Source: Patescibacteria group bacterium
GTDB taxonomy: Bacteria; Patescibacteriota; Patescibacteriia; Magasanikbacterales; GWA2-37-8
Direction: 5' to 3'
Assembly (NCBI GenBank): GCA_041649475.1
Contig: JBAZNA010000001.1
Span: forward strand, 197,022-261,021
DNA: 64,000 nucleotides
Shown: piece by piece, positions 63,783 through 64,000 of the stretch
Layout of the letters: every line of letters begins with the position of its first letter
Numbering within the stretch: the first letter of the stretch is position 1
Translations under genes and position numbers: made by a program
The notes under the pieces: model-generated
Told to the model about the DNA's origin: nothing
The model's database searches: none
The model's input: the letters and a program-made list of their open reading frames with translations, nothing else

Positions 63783-64000
63783 ATGGCAGACACCAACGGC
63801 ATAAATTTAAAATGGTATCAAAAGTGGTGGGGAGTATCGCTTATAGGTTTGATTGGTTTGGTGTCTGTAGCTTTAATTGTTTTCTTGGCTTTAACCGGTA
63901 AATATTGGTGGGATATCAAGCATGGCAAAGCAGAATTTTTAGCTCAAACCTTCTATTCTGGTTTTGCCAAGTCAACCTCAATTGCGGGTAACTCTAAAAT
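63783..64000 (+). CDS. membrane-anchored hypothetical protein, 5' part (runs off the right edge)
   Basis: My own translation from the ATG at 63783: MADTNGINLKWYQKWWGVSLIGLIGLVSVALIVFLALTGKYWWDIKHGK... It has one TM helix. Confidence 0.5.
   Translation, partial: MADTNGINLKWYQKWWGVSLIGLIGLVSVALIVFLALTGKYWWDIKHGKAEFLAQTFYSGFAKSTSIAGNSK

Noticed and set aside
1-64000. CRISPR arrays, rRNA genes, transposases/IS elements, prophage genes
   Set aside because: I saw no spaced direct-repeat arrays and no rRNA-like conserved blocks. No DDE or serine/tyrosine recombinase motifs appear in any ORF. The only tandem repeats are intragenic (20908..21557 and 58296..58328).

Overview
This is a 64-kb chromosomal window from a low-GC, gene-dense bacterium. 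By inference only, the gene content fits a Patescibacteria/CPR-like lineage: mostly SD-less housekeeping genes, a type IV pilin, ComEC, a sortase with an LPXTG surface protein, a DUF4012 plus glycosyltransferase envelope cluster, and a ThrRS without a TGS domain. The backbone genes are a Clp ATPase fragment, a phosphohexomutase, htpX, lemA, an M50 site-2 protease, pheS/pheT, dnaE, tsaD, an FAD oxidase, HU, rny, truB, infB, trxA, leuS, ComEC pieces, an L,D-transpeptidase, thrS, miaB/miaA, ldh, rnj, an ABC binding protein and secG. There are also 3 tRNAs (Met/Ile2-CAU, Glu-UUC, Leu-CAG) and RNase P RNA. I saw no rRNA, CRISPR array, transposase, integrase or phage genes. The stand-out signal is seven short, compositionally foreign GC-rich genes at about 10.1, 15.1, 18.1, 25.9, 29.6, 41.9 and 55.8 kb. 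Each sits alone between housekeeping genes and has a strong Shine-Dalgarno sequence. Five have a near-consensus TTGAC(A/C)-N17 promoter, and most end with a terminator hairpin. None has a recognisable domain, and two of them look paralogous. Secondary observations are listed here.
- A promoter-to-terminator structured leader or sRNA lies in front of rny, and its promoter is almost identical to the rnpB promoter.
- Two of the three tRNAs have C55 in the T-loop.
- A DUF4012 membrane protein carries a retroviral-type CCHC zinc knuckle.
- A very AT-rich orphan membrane gene is wedged between miaB and miaA.
- An ice-binding-like (DUF3494) LPXTG protein sits next to its sortase.
- A GC-rich multi-hairpin element follows trxA.
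- An inverted-repeat-bracketed promoter lies between two divergent genes.
All composition statements are hand counts or visual estimates and need to be recomputed.
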